The notes beneath the pieces are model-generated. The model was not told the DNA's origin. It worked only from the letters and a program-made list of their open reading frames with translations, and ran no database searches. The translations under genes and the position numbers were made by a program. Shown here piece by piece: positions 41,665 through 51,359 of a DNA stretch of 64,000 nt; the first letter of the stretch is position 1, and every line of letters starts with the position of its first letter. Origin of the DNA: a virus (taxonomy: Duplodnaviria; Caudoviricetes); IMG/VR virus record IMGVR_UViG_3300028920_000023. One strand, 5' to 3'.

Positions 41665-41886
41665 ATGTTTGTGATTACTGGTCGAGATGGTTCTGGCAAG
41701 ACTTGGTATTGGCGGAAGTGGACTGGGGCCTGCAGCAGTGGCCATCCGAAATGGGTGGAGCGGTTCTCTCCTAAGTGCATCTACGCACAACGGAAGGTCG
41801 CCGAGAAGACTGCGGCAGGGAGTGCGGTCATTAACGCATTTCGCAAGGGAGATCCGGTCCCTTTATCCGATGTTAGAGTGCTTTGA
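41665..41886 (+). CDS. Hypothetical protein
   Basis: GAGGAGG RBS. Confidence 0.6.
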   Translation: MFVITGRDGSGKTWYWRKWTGACSSGHPKWVERFSPKCIYAQRKVAEKTAAGSAVINAFRKGDPVPLSDVRVL

Positions 41887-42056
41887 TCCTGTTATGACAG
41901 CAAATCCGAAAAAGAGGCAGAAGGTGCAGAAGATAGCCAGCAGAGACCTCATTTTGGGCAAGCGTCTGCTGGACCTCTAGAGAGGAGGATGTGGCTGAGT
42001 ACTGTGGTTTGATGCGGAGGCGGAAACGGTCGAACGAGAGGATACGGAGGAGCATT

Positions 42057-42386
42057 ATGCTTATTTGGGATAGCGAAAGTGAGAATGATCAACCTACACC
42101 GATCGAGGAAGATCGGTTTTACCGGTCTCTGGGTGAGGATAATGGCGTCTTAATTGTGGACAGTTGTGAGACGTCTGATTCACGAACGACGGTTTTGTTG
42201 TTTGTGGGTCCGAATTCCAAGGAGAATTGGACTAAGTGGAATGAGTTTGCCCGCCTCATCCGCCTCATTGCAGATGAGGAAGTCGTTACCGAATGGCCGG
42301 ATGAGGAGTTGGATCTGGACGATATAAGCAAGTGCCTCAAGAAGTGTTTTGACCCACCAACCCAACCATCTTGTGCGTGCACATGA
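42057..42386 (+). CDS. Hypothetical acidic protein
   Basis: GGAGGAG RBS. Confidence 0.7.
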   Translation: MLIWDSESENDQPTPIEEDRFYRSLGEDNGVLIVDSCETSDSRTTVLLFVGPNSKENWTKWNEFARLIRLIADEEVVTEWPDEELDLDDISKCLKKCFDPPTQPSCACT

Positions 42387-42439
42387 AACACGTTGCATTT
42401 GTCAAGCATTAAACTAATCCCAGGAAAGGAATTCGCGCC

Positions 42440-42610
42440 ATGAAAAAAGATATCAGGATTGGAATGCAGGTTAGTTGGTCCATTTGTCACGGAAAAAGGA
42501 TTTTGAAAGGCACCGTAGTCGGCGTGAACCTAGGACGTAAATGGGATATGCTTACCGTGAAATTGCCTAACGGTGTTCTTATCACGGTTCCGGACTACGA
42601 ATGCAGATAG
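42440..42610 (+). CDS. 56-aa SH3/KOW-like protein (not in the ORF track)
   Basis: AAAGGA RBS; MKKDIRIGMQVSW..KGTVVGVN..LTVKL. Confidence 0.6.
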   Translation: MKKDIRIGMQVSWSICHGKRILKGTVVGVNLGRKWDMLTVKLPNGVLITVPDYECR

Positions 42611-42647
42611 TTTCGCGCAACTAAATTCGGCAAAGGAAATAACCACC

Positions 42648-42791
42648 ATGGTTTCGATGACTGTCGTGCTGTTCTGCAATGGGACAGAGAAGAAAATTGG
42701 TCATCAGCTCGATGCGAAATCTCTACCTATCTTGAACAACTTGAGAAAGAACGCAAAGAACTGGCCTGAGGAAGCTCGGGTTATCTGGTGA
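42648..42791 (+). CDS. Hypothetical 47-aa protein
   Basis: AAAGGA RBS; stop lies inside the next motif. Confidence 0.5.
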   Translation: MVSMTVVLFCNGTEKKIGHQLDAKSLPILNNLRKNAKNWPEEARVIW

Positions 42792-42830
42792 GGCTGGCCG
42801 AAACAGAGAGATGTTCTTCTCTGTTTGTGT
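42784..42830 (+). ncRNA. Hammerhead-like motif (family B, A6G)
   Basis: CUGGUGA-GG(CUGG)CC-GAAA-CAGAGA..UCUCUG-UU. Confidence 0.45.
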
Positions 42831-42856
42831 TGTCTGTTTTTCTTTAAGGAGGGTTA

Positions 42857-43174
42857 GTGATGAGTGAGAAGAGTGGTGACTATAAAGCAAGTTTTCTTGT
42901 GGTTGAACGAGATGATGCCATCTTGATTCCGGAAGATTCGGTTCCCGGATTTACTTCAGTCCTGTTGGAATTTGGGGACGGGGTCACACTCGGACAAATC
43001 GAAGAAAGCGATGTAGTTCTTTTGGAGAACCAAAACACACTCAGATTCGAACGATGCACTCCCGGTGACTGGGACAGCAAATACACGCAGTGGGAAAGAG
43101 CCGGATGGGATCCGATAGGGTTCGAGTCAGTAAGGCTGTACTCGACTTACGAGGAATATCAAAAGATTTGTTGA
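42857..43174 (+). CDS. Hypothetical protein
   Basis: AAGGAGG RBS. Confidence 0.75.
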   Translation: MMSEKSGDYKASFLVVERDDAILIPEDSVPGFTSVLLEFGDGVTLGQIEESDVVLLENQNTLRFERCTPGDWDSKYTQWERAGWDPIGFESVRLYSTYEEYQKIC

Positions 43175-43241
43175 CGGGTCGTGGAGGGCATTGCCAGGAA
43201 GGATTACTGTTTTCCAATGATTCTTGCGAAAGGAGCTGTTC

Positions 43242-43727
43242 ATGTCTACAGATTATGAGTCTTCTGCAGTTCACGGTTTTTGGCTAGATGTTGAAGACCT
43301 TGGGTCTCTAAAGAAGATCCGGGAAGAGAAGAGCCATATGGAGCCCCGCTACGACCCAAAGACCGGCGAGAAGAGGGAAGTAAAGGTCATCGACGTACAC
43401 GGGGGAGATTTCTATTTTCTAGACGGCATCTGGTGCGAGACGCCCTATGACCTGGCAGAAGCGATCCGAAGTAAGCTGCGCCAGTATCGCACCAGACCAA
43501 CAACGGCCCCGCACGCCCCAGCCGATGACCCCGATGTCCACATCCACCAGGAAAAGGACGGCAGCATAACAGCTCTCGTCATTGGCTACGAGATCAGCCA
43601 CAAGCCACTACAAGAGATACAACTCACAGATGCAAAATTGAAGTCTTGTTTGCCTCGTGTTCAGGAGTTGCTATCTGGTGTCGATTTGGGGTTGACAGGA
43701 GTACATCCGACGTTGCTTGTTGGGTGA
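43242..43727 (+). CDS. Hypothetical protein
   Basis: AAAGGAG RBS. Confidence 0.75.
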   Translation: MSTDYESSAVHGFWLDVEDLGSLKKIREEKSHMEPRYDPKTGEKREVKVIDVHGGDFYFLDGIWCETPYDLAEAIRSKLRQYRTRPTTAPHAPADDPDVHIHQEKDGSITALVIGYEISHKPLQEIQLTDAKLKSCLPRVQELLSGVDLGLTGVHPTLLVG

Positions 43728-43854
43728 GTCTTTTGGTCCGTCAAGGAGGACAGCATGAGCGACTTAAAGATCTTTAACGGTCTAGCCTGTCCTGACCCCA
43801 ATGTGGACCTTGCTGGTGCCGTGAAACGTTCGCTAAATGGTGAAAGCTAGTTCT

Positions 43855-43905
43855 ATTCTGAAGAGGCTCCTGCCGAAACCGAGAATTACACTTCTCTGTT
43901 ATTCC
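43855..43905 (+). ncRNA. Hammerhead-like motif (family B)
   Basis: CUGAAGA-GGC(UCCU)GCC-GAAA-CCGAGAA..UUCUCUG-UU. Confidence 0.5.
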
Positions 43906-43974
43906 TGCATTACCTGATTCCATGCCAGACACAACACTGGCTAGACGGAACTTCCATACCACAAAGGAGAAAAC

Positions 43975-45039
43975 ATGAACAACACACAACTACTAGAGAA
44001 GCTCAATAAAACCGGCAAACTAACCCAAAAACAAATGGAAAAACTAGCCAGACACATGACAAGGGCATCCAGGGAAAGGCAGCTAGAAGCCATAAGGCAA
44101 TGTGGATACGCTCTCTGCTTTATCGAAAACCCAACAGAAGAAATAGAACTAGAAGCCGTAAAACAAAACGGCTACGCTATCGACTATATCAAGAACCCAA
44201 CAGAAGAAGTACAACTAGAAGCCGTAAAACAAAACGGCGGAGCTGTCAAGTTTATTGACAACCCATCCGAGACTGTCCAGTTAGAGGCAGTAAAGCAAAA
44301 CGGAGAAGCCATCAGACGTATCGAAAGCCCATCCAAGGAAGTGCAGCTAGAAGCCGTAAAACAAAACGGATTCGCTATCCAGTATATCGATAACCCATCC
44401 AGAGAAGTCCAGCTAGAAGCCGTAAAACAAAATGGCTACGCTCTCCAACATATCACTATCCCATCTAGGGAAGTACAGCTAGCGGCAATAAAACAAGCCG
44501 GAGGTGCTATCCGATACCTTGAGAACCCAACAGAAGAAATACAACTAGAAGCAGTAAAGAAAGCTGGCACAACCATCAGACATATCAAAAACCCAACAGA
44601 AGAAATACAACTAGAAGCAGTAAAACAAAACGGCGGAGCTGTCAGGTTCATCAAGAACCCAACACAAGAAATACAACTAACAGCAGTAAAACAAACTGGA
44701 ATGGCCATCGAGCATATCGAAAACCCAACAGAAGAAATAAAACTAGCAGCCGTAAAACAAGACGGAAATGTTATCCGGTATATCGAAAACCCAACCAAAG
44801 AAGTACAGCTAGAAGCCGTAAAACAAAACTGCGCAGCAATCCGGCATATTAGGAGCCCCACAGGAGATCTGGAAGTATTATCCCTAATGCTCAGGCTTAA
44901 TGGCGATTACGACATGGCACACAGAACAGCCAAAACCCTATACGAAGACATGAGCAAAGACGACCGAGAAAAACTCAAGGACAGCCTAACCAGATCCAGA
45001 AGCGCATTGGCTGGCGGTGGCCGCACACTGGACATCTGA
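43975..45039 (+). CDS. DUF4116-like 22-aa repeat protein, paralog 1
   Basis: Repeated QLEAVKQNGYAI.YI.NPTEE. Confidence 0.88.
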   Translation: MNNTQLLEKLNKTGKLTQKQMEKLARHMTRASRERQLEAIRQCGYALCFIENPTEEIELEAVKQNGYAIDYIKNPTEEVQLEAVKQNGGAVKFIDNPSETVQLEAVKQNGEAIRRIESPSKEVQLEAVKQNGFAIQYIDNPSREVQLEAVKQNGYALQHITIPSREVQLAAIKQAGGAIRYLENPTEEIQLEAVKKAGTTIRHIKNPTEEIQLEAVKQNGGAVRFIKNPTQEIQLTAVKQTGMAIEHIENPTEEIKLAAVKQDGNVIRYIENPTKEVQLEAVKQNCAAIRHIRSPTGDLEVLSLMLRLNGDYDMAHRTAKTLYEDMSKDDREKLKDSLTRSRSALAGGGRTLDI

Positions 45040-45094
45040 CGCTAGACAGACCCGCTACGGTAGCTGGAACTTTCCAAACCACAAAGGAGAAAAC

Positions 45095-46456
45095 ATGAAC
45101 AACACACAACTACTAGAGAAGCTCAATAAAACCGGCAAACTAACCCAAAAACAAATGGAAAAACTAGCCAGATATGTAGTAAAGGAAGATAAGTACGGGT
45201 TAGTAAAGGTATGGAGTGAGGAATTCCAGCTGGCTGTAATTAACAGATCTGGTTATGTTATCCGATATATCGAGAACCCTTCTATGGAAGTACAATTGGC
45301 AGCCGTAAAACAAAACGGCTACGCTATCGAGCACATCGAGAACCCAACAGAAGAAATCCAACTAGAAGCTGTAAAACAAAACAGATCTGGTTATGTTATC
45401 CGATATATCGAGAACCCTTCTATGGAAGTACAATTGGCAGCCGTAAAACAAAACGGCTACGCTATCGAGCACATCAGGAACCCAACAGAAGAAATGAAAC
45501 TAGCAGCAGTAAAACAAAACGGACGAGCCATCAGGTACATCAAAAACCCAACAGAAGAAATGAAGCTAGCAGCCGTAAAACAAAACGGCTACGCTATCAA
45601 GTATATCAAGAACCCTTCTATGGAAGTACAATTGGCAGCAGTACGAGAAAACGGACTCACTATCAAGTACATCAAGAACCCAACAGAAGAAATCCAGATG
45701 GCAGCAGTAAAACAAGACGAAGAAGCCATCAAGCATATCAAGAACCCAACAGAAGAAGTACAGCTAGAAGCCGTAAAACAAGACGGAGAAGCCATCGAGT
45801 ATATCAAGAACCCAACAGAAGAAATGAAACTAACAGCAGTAAAACAAAACGGACGAGCCATCAGGTACATCAAAAACCCAACAGAAGAAGTGAAGCTAGA
45901 AGCCGTAAAACAAAACAGCTACGCTATCGACTATATCAAGAACCCAACAGAAGAAATGAAGCTAGCAGCCGTAAAACAAAACGGCTATGCTATCAAGCAT
46001 ATCGAGAACCCATCCATAGAAGTACAACTGGCAGCCGTAAAACAAGACGGAGAAGCCATCGGGTACATCAAAAACCCAACAGAAGAAATCCAGATGGCAG
46101 CCGTAAAGCAAGACGGCTACGCTATCGAGTACATCGAAAAACCAGCCAGAGAAGCACAACTAGCGGCCGTAAAACAAGCTGGCGAAATTATCAAGTATAT
46201 CAAGAACCCAACCAAAGAAGTACAACTAGAAGCCGTAAAACAAGACTGCATAGCAATCCGACACATAAAAGAACCATCCGAAGAAATAACAATCTTATCC
46301 CTAATGCTCAGGCTCAATGGCGATTACGACATAGTGCACAGAACAGCCAAAACCCTATACGAAGACATGAGTAAAAACGACCGAGAAAAACTCAGGGACA
46401 GTCTGATCAGATCCAGAAGTGTATTGGCTGGTGGTGGTCGCGCACTGGACATCTGA
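45095..46456 (+). CDS. DUF4116-like 22-aa repeat protein, paralog 2
   Basis: RBS and N-terminus identical to paralog 1, C-terminus similar, more repeats. Confidence 0.88.
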   Translation: MNNTQLLEKLNKTGKLTQKQMEKLARYVVKEDKYGLVKVWSEEFQLAVINRSGYVIRYIENPSMEVQLAAVKQNGYAIEHIENPTEEIQLEAVKQNRSGYVIRYIENPSMEVQLAAVKQNGYAIEHIRNPTEEMKLAAVKQNGRAIRYIKNPTEEMKLAAVKQNGYAIKYIKNPSMEVQLAAVRENGLTIKYIKNPTEEIQMAAVKQDEEAIKHIKNPTEEVQLEAVKQDGEAIEYIKNPTEEMKLTAVKQNGRAIRYIKNPTEEVKLEAVKQNSYAIDYIKNPTEEMKLAAVKQNGYAIKHIENPSIEVQLAAVKQDGEAIGYIKNPTEEIQMAAVKQDGYAIEYIEKPAREAQLAAVKQAGEIIKYIKNPTKEVQLEAVKQDCIAIRHIKEPSEEITILSLMLRLNGDYDIVHRTAKTLYEDMSKNDREKLRDSLIRSRSVLAGGGRALDI

Positions 46457-46474
46457 CAAGAACAGGAGGGAGAA

Positions 46475-46732
46475 ATGAATTTGGTGTTCGTGGACAAACA
46501 CATCGATTTGGTTAGGTGTGGGGATTTGGTGTTGTGCGAAGATGGTGTCGTGCGGACCGTGTGCCCCAGAGACATTCGCCGTTGTTCTTTCATGGGGGTA
46601 ACCTTGTGGGGCGATTCGTATCGCCTTGGCACAAGACCCGTCAAGGTCGCGTTACCTCGTAACCCCTGTAGTGAGGTAGAATCTTATGAAGACAATCTTG
46701 AAATCTGTCGAGGAAGTACGAGACTTCCTTGA
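46475..46732 (+). CDS. Hypothetical protein
   Basis: AGGAGGG RBS. Confidence 0.55.
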   Translation: MNLVFVDKHIDLVRCGDLVLCEDGVVRTVCPRDIRRCSFMGVTLWGDSYRLGTRPVKVALPRNPCSEVESYEDNLEICRGSTRLP

Positions 46733-46880
46733 AGAGGCCACTACCGAACACATAATGGCCAATGACCTCGACATTGAGATCACAACATTCGAATCAGAAG
46801 GCATTCTTTCTGGAAACGAAGGTCTTGTCATCAGAAGCAAAGACAGGGAATGGCAGATCTCTATCGTGAGATCTGCCTAA
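46686..46880 (+). CDS. Hypothetical protein
   Basis: GAGG RBS, 64 aa. Confidence 0.65.
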   Translation: MKTILKSVEEVRDFLEEATTEHIMANDLDIEITTFESEGILSGNEGLVIRSKDREWQISIVRSA

Positions 46881-46930
46881 CTTTCGCCGACACGCAGACA
46901 CGATACAACATGACACAAAAAGGATAACAC

Positions 46931-47485
46931 ATGAAAAACGCAAAACAAGACCTTAGAGGACTAATCGCAGCACTAGGACAAAGTTATCTCAGCGACTCCG
47001 AATTTAACCAAGAACTGACAGACCTCGTGTCCATAGCAAAAAGCGACTTCGACAGCGACGGAACACCAGCCAAATTATGCGTAATCTGCGACGAGGAAGA
47101 CGGGAAATCAAAATACCTAATCCTACTAAGCGACGAAGCCCTGCAGGACCGCTACAACGCACTTCACTCAATCGGAGCGAAATTCTACCAAGACAAAACA
47201 CGACCAATAGCGATTTTCATGATAAGCGAAGCCTGGACATCTCCATCAACGAGCCTACCACCCAGCAAAGCCCCAGATCGGAAAGAAATACTCTCTGTGT
47301 TTGGATGCACGATCGACCTACGATCGAATATGGCCAGTATCGAAATAAAAAGAAACCCAGACCAACTGGGCGAAGAAAACATCACCCTTTACGACGACAA
47401 CACGAAATGTCAAACAAACTTATTATCACAGTTCTTCAGAGGATATATAGAAGAACTGATAAACATAACCAGAGAATCAAATTAG
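46931..47485 (+). CDS. Hypothetical protein
   Basis: AAAGGA RBS; ISEAW motif. Confidence 0.75.
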   Translation: MKNAKQDLRGLIAALGQSYLSDSEFNQELTDLVSIAKSDFDSDGTPAKLCVICDEEDGKSKYLILLSDEALQDRYNALHSIGAKFYQDKTRPIAIFMISEAWTSPSTSLPPSKAPDRKEILSVFGCTIDLRSNMASIEIKRNPDQLGEENITLYDDNTKCQTNLLSQFFRGYIEELINITRESN

Positions 47486-47880
47486 GCTCTTCGCAAAAGA
47501 CCCTCTATATTGGCCAACTCCTTATCCGACAACAACTCTTTAATATCCTCACCATCGGACACAGAACCAACAGTATTGCCGTCCTTGTCCGTGATCCTGA
47601 CATTGTCTTGATTTTCATCATACGCTATGACATGATAGATATTCGGAACGTACCTGGGGGTCTCGTTTGGGTCATGCGTGGCATATTGTTCCTCGGCCTC
47701 CAGGTAGACCACGACATGATCAACATTGATGAAATTACCGTCTTTGGTCTCAAGATAACCGTCCGGAATATCGAGCTCGTATTCGTCCAGGGTCGTATCT
47801 AACTCCTCATTGAATATGCCTAATTCTCCGGGTCTAAGCTCTTCGTCGAGTAAATTAGCGATTTGCTTTGGTGTCTGCAT
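47482..47880 (-). CDS. Hypothetical acidic protein (inverted gene)
   Basis: 132-aa ORF with natural composition. Confidence 0.7.
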   Translation of the reverse strand: MQTPKQIANLLDEELRPGELGIFNEELDTTLDEYELDIPDGYLETKDGNFINVDHVVVYLEAEEQYATHDPNETPRYVPNIYHVIAYDENQDNVRITDKDGNTVGSVSDGEDIKELLSDKELANIEGLLRRA

Positions 47881-47992
47881 TGTTTTATCCCGTTGTTTTT
47901 CCTATTTTTGGACAGGACGCCATACAAAGCCAGGAGCCACAACCAGTTCCGCCACGGGTAGCAGCCGGTACAACGATACAAAGGAGACTAAC

Positions 47993-48688
47993 ATGGATCT
48001 AAGTAAGGAGCTTGTTGCAAAGCTCAGGGAAATCTTCGCAACAACGCCAGACGTCAAAATAGTCATAGGAGAAGAGAGGATCTGTGTCAAAAGACCAGGT
48101 ACGATCCTTGACTACAGAGCAGATGGCTACATCAGGCTCCTATTTAGAGGCAGAGGAACTGCCTATAGAGAAGACAGATCGAGGTATATCGAACACGACC
48201 TAAGAAACCTATCTGCGGTCGAAGCAGCAGCTCTTATCTGCGATGATCCGCCCGTGCAAGACATGATATCAAGCTTTAAGGAACACACCTACACGGAGAA
48301 AAAAGAAATACCGAAGATCCTAATAAAACCAGCCACCTCATACGAACTGCGCAATGGTTTCGTGTACGCCCCAAAAAGACATGTCCTCGCAATATACGAG
48401 ATCAGGCTGGTCGGTCACAAAAAAGGCTCAAAGTACTTCGTCGACCCGAAAGTGCCGGGAACAGAGATCCTCTACCAGATACACTGTGCGAACGAAGAAA
48501 ACGCTTTGTTCACGTTCGTAACAGACGCCAAATCCTATGTCATGCCCTGCACCGACAAGATGTTCTCCACGTTAGACCGCCCAAAGCCATCAGCGGATCT
48601 TCACCAGATCAACGAACTGGACCTAGAACTGATCAGGTTCGCCATCGATAACATGGCCATAGGTTGTTTGGATACAAACAGAACCTGA
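47993..48688 (+). CDS. Hypothetical protein, tandem paralog A
   Basis: AAAGGAG RBS; C-terminus shared with 48703-49449. Confidence 0.8.
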   Translation: MDLSKELVAKLREIFATTPDVKIVIGEERICVKRPGTILDYRADGYIRLLFRGRGTAYREDRSRYIEHDLRNLSAVEAAALICDDPPVQDMISSFKEHTYTEKKEIPKILIKPATSYELRNGFVYAPKRHVLAIYEIRLVGHKKGSKYFVDPKVPGTEILYQIHCANEENALFTFVTDAKSYVMPCTDKMFSTLDRPKPSADLHQINELDLELIRFAIDNMAIGCLDTNRT

Positions 48689-48702
48689 TAAAGGAGACCG
48701 AA

Positions 48703-49449
48703 ATGAAGATCATCAGTCGAGAAATCATAAACGAGGCCAAAAACCTCTTCAGCGCCGACCAAGACACCAAAATAGCTGTAAAGAACCGCGAGTACAAAGT
48801 CAGACTTTCTGGAGGAATCAAAACTGTCAGAGAATACGAAATCCGCATCAAACGACCCGGAACGATCCTCGAAATCAGTGAAAGTAACAACAATTGCTTG
48901 GTCAGACTAATGTTTAGAACCGACAAAGGCGGCTATCGTGTAGACAAGACAATCGTACTAGAAACAAAACTGTTTAAAAACAAACCGGCAAAAACAGTCA
49001 TCTTCGGATCACCGAACGTCCAAAATCTCATATCAAGATTCAGGGAACACACCTACACCCCCAGAAAAATACAGAAGATCCTCATCAAACCCGCCGGCAA
49101 ATGCAGACTCATCCAAGGCTTTGCCTTCATACCAGAACAACAAATCTCGCAGATCCTTCGGATAACAGTTGTAGGATATAAAGAAGGCTCCAAACACTTC
49201 GTAGATCCGAAAGTTCCAAACACCACAGTCCTCTATCAGATCGAATGCGTAAACAATCTTGGTGCGAAATTCAAATTCGTAACAGATGCCAAATCCTACG
49301 TCATACCCTGCACCGAGAGAATGCTAACAGCTGATACCTCACCAAAGGACTCTGTGGACCTAAACGAAATCAACGAACTAGACCTAGAACTCATCAAGTT
49401 CGCCGTCGATAACATGGCCATAGGTTGTTTGGATACAAACAGAACCTGA
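48703..49449 (+). CDS. Hypothetical protein, tandem paralog B
   Basis: Both end DNMAIGCLDTNRT. Confidence 0.8.
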   Translation: MKIISREIINEAKNLFSADQDTKIAVKNREYKVRLSGGIKTVREYEIRIKRPGTILEISESNNNCLVRLMFRTDKGGYRVDKTIVLETKLFKNKPAKTVIFGSPNVQNLISRFREHTYTPRKIQKILIKPAGKCRLIQGFAFIPEQQISQILRITVVGYKEGSKHFVDPKVPNTTVLYQIECVNNLGAKFKFVTDAKSYVIPCTERMLTADTSPKDSVDLNEINELDLELIKFAVDNMAIGCLDTNRT

Positions 49450-49467
49450 CCAACAAAGGAGATAAAG

Positions 49468-50079
49468 ATGTCCAAATTGCTAGTCGTCAGCTACGTACCC
49501 GGTTTAGACCTGGATGAACCCAAATTCCTCAACGCAAAACCAGAAGAAATCAAGAAACACCTACCAGAAATGCCAGACGCGAACATCGAAGGCTGCGTCT
49601 GGTTTGGAACCGAAGAACAAGGAATAATGCCCGGCTTTATAATAGAAAAAGCCGAAGAAGTACGAAACCACATAACCAGATGGTCAGAAAACAAACCAAA
49701 AGAATATTTCTATGTCTCCTACTACCATGACCAAGAAAACTACGCCATAGGACTGTTCCCAAACCTCGAAGCCTCCAAAGAAAGAAACCGATTAGCTTAC
49801 AAAATACTGCACATGAAAGATCTGCCGGACGATACAGAATATGTATTCCTGTTCGTACCCTGGTTGTTCCTAAGTCCCAAGCCGGGACAATTCCCAATGG
49901 TCGTAAAAGAAATCGAGAAAAAGAAGAAATTAAGCGTAGCATTCGTTGAGAAAAGCACATTCGACCCACAACACCCAGAAAAGATGACCTATTACACAAT
50001 AGACGACATCGAGATCAGCCTCGACGGATACTACATACAACACATCAAAAACGAACTGGAACGGATGAACAGGAGTTAG
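49468..50079 (+). CDS. Hypothetical protein (intact paralog of 34237-34720)
   Basis: AAAGGAG RBS. Confidence 0.8.
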   Translation: MSKLLVVSYVPGLDLDEPKFLNAKPEEIKKHLPEMPDANIEGCVWFGTEEQGIMPGFIIEKAEEVRNHITRWSENKPKEYFYVSYYHDQENYAIGLFPNLEASKERNRLAYKILHMKDLPDDTEYVFLFVPWLFLSPKPGQFPMVVKEIEKKKKLSVAFVEKSTFDPQHPEKMTYYTIDDIEISLDGYYIQHIKNELERMNRS

Positions 50080-50114
50080 GGGAATTCGAAGTAGGGCGCG
50101 AAAGGGGAGAACAA

Positions 50115-51359
50115 ATGCGTAAATATATGCTCGTATTTCTGTTAACACCATCTTTGCTCCTAGCCTCATCAAGGTTATGGGACGCCAAAGAAGAAGCCAA
50201 CATCGTAAGGAAAGATTACACAGGGAAAGAAGTCACGATAGCTGTCATCGGCACGCGAATAACCGATGACGGCACCAACTTTCAAAACAGAATAATACAC
50301 ACAGAACTGATAGCAGACACAGAAAGATCAGACCACGAAACCCATGTGGCATCAATCATAGCCAGCAACGGTGTCCATTACGGAATAGCCCCAGACTCCA
50401 AAATCATATCAGTCGTAATCTATGGAGATCCAAGCACAGAGAACATCCTGAAAGCCCTAAATTGGATCGCTGACAACAAAGAAAACTTTAGTATCGACAT
50501 AATAAACTTCAGTTCCGCATTCCGGGAAACCCCCTATGAGACCACCAAAAAACCCGGAATGTTATCCTTAACACTAGAAAGATTAAAAAAACTAGGCATC
50601 TTAATTATCTGTTCAAGCGGTAACAAACCAATCGACAGTATGGCTTACCCAGCATACGACCCGTCAGTGGTATCTGTGGCTGGGTACGACAAAGGAAACA
50701 CCATCTCCTCGTTCAGTTATAGTTCGATTTTCGCACCCGGCAACATCCTAGCAGCAAGCCACGAAGCCCCCTGGTCAGCCATCCGAAGAGACGGCTCATC
50801 TATGGCCGCTCCCGTAGTCACAGGAGCTTGCGCAAGATACATCGAAGCATATCGCAAGAACTACGGAACAACACCAAGCCCAGACAAAGTACAAAACATA
50901 ATCTTCGCGACAGCAAGAAGCGAATTCCTAAATGATGGCAAACTGCTCAGAAGGCTGCTCGATGCAGACAAGATGCTAGCCGAATTCCCAACATCGAACT
51001 ACGGAGAACTAACAGTACACACATCAAGATCCCGCACGAAAATCAGAAGAGCATCTATAATGCTCAAAGCAAGATACGAAGGCGAATTGACACTCCCTTT
51101 CACACTGGAATCCGGCCACTTCAGATACCGAGTAACTTCCTGGGAACAGAAAAAACCTGTTAAACTCAGAAAAACCAAAAGAACCATCAGACTCAAAATA
51201 AGGTGGCCCGAAGCATTCGTGTGGAAAAATCTGATCGGACAATCCGTCAAAATAATCCTCGATAAAGAAGTGAGGACATCACGCAAAGATGACCGCCACA
51301 ATACGAGCAGAAAGGAGGACGACCGGTGCAAACAACCGAAGAAATACAGGAGACAATAG
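50115..51359 (+). CDS. S8 subtilisin-family protease with signal peptide (catalytic Asp replaced by Gly)
   Basis: AVIGTRI (canonical AVIDTGI), HETHVAS, SSGN, GSSMAAPVVTG. Confidence 0.8.
   Translation: MRKYMLVFLLTPSLLLASSRLWDAKEEANIVRKDYTGKEVTIAVIGTRITDDGTNFQNRIIHTELIADTERSDHETHVASIIASNGVHYGIAPDSKIISVVIYGDPSTENILKALNWIADNKENFSIDIINFSSAFRETPYETTKKPGMLSLTLERLKKLGILIICSSGNKPIDSMAYPAYDPSVVSVAGYDKGNTISSFSYSSIFAPGNILAASHEAPWSAIRRDGSSMAAPVVTGACARYIEAYRKNYGTTPSPDKVQNIIFATARSEFLNDGKLLRRLLDADKMLAEFPTSNYGELTVHTSRSRTKIRRASIMLKARYEGELTLPFTLESGHFRYRVTSWEQKKPVKLRKTKRTIRLKIRWPEAFVWKNLIGQSVKIILDKEVRTSRKDDRHNTSRKEDDRCKQPKKYRRQ

Noticed and set aside
43975-46456. Diversity-generating retroelement template/variable repeats
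   Set aside because: No reverse transcriptase in the window, and differences between repeats are not adenine-specific
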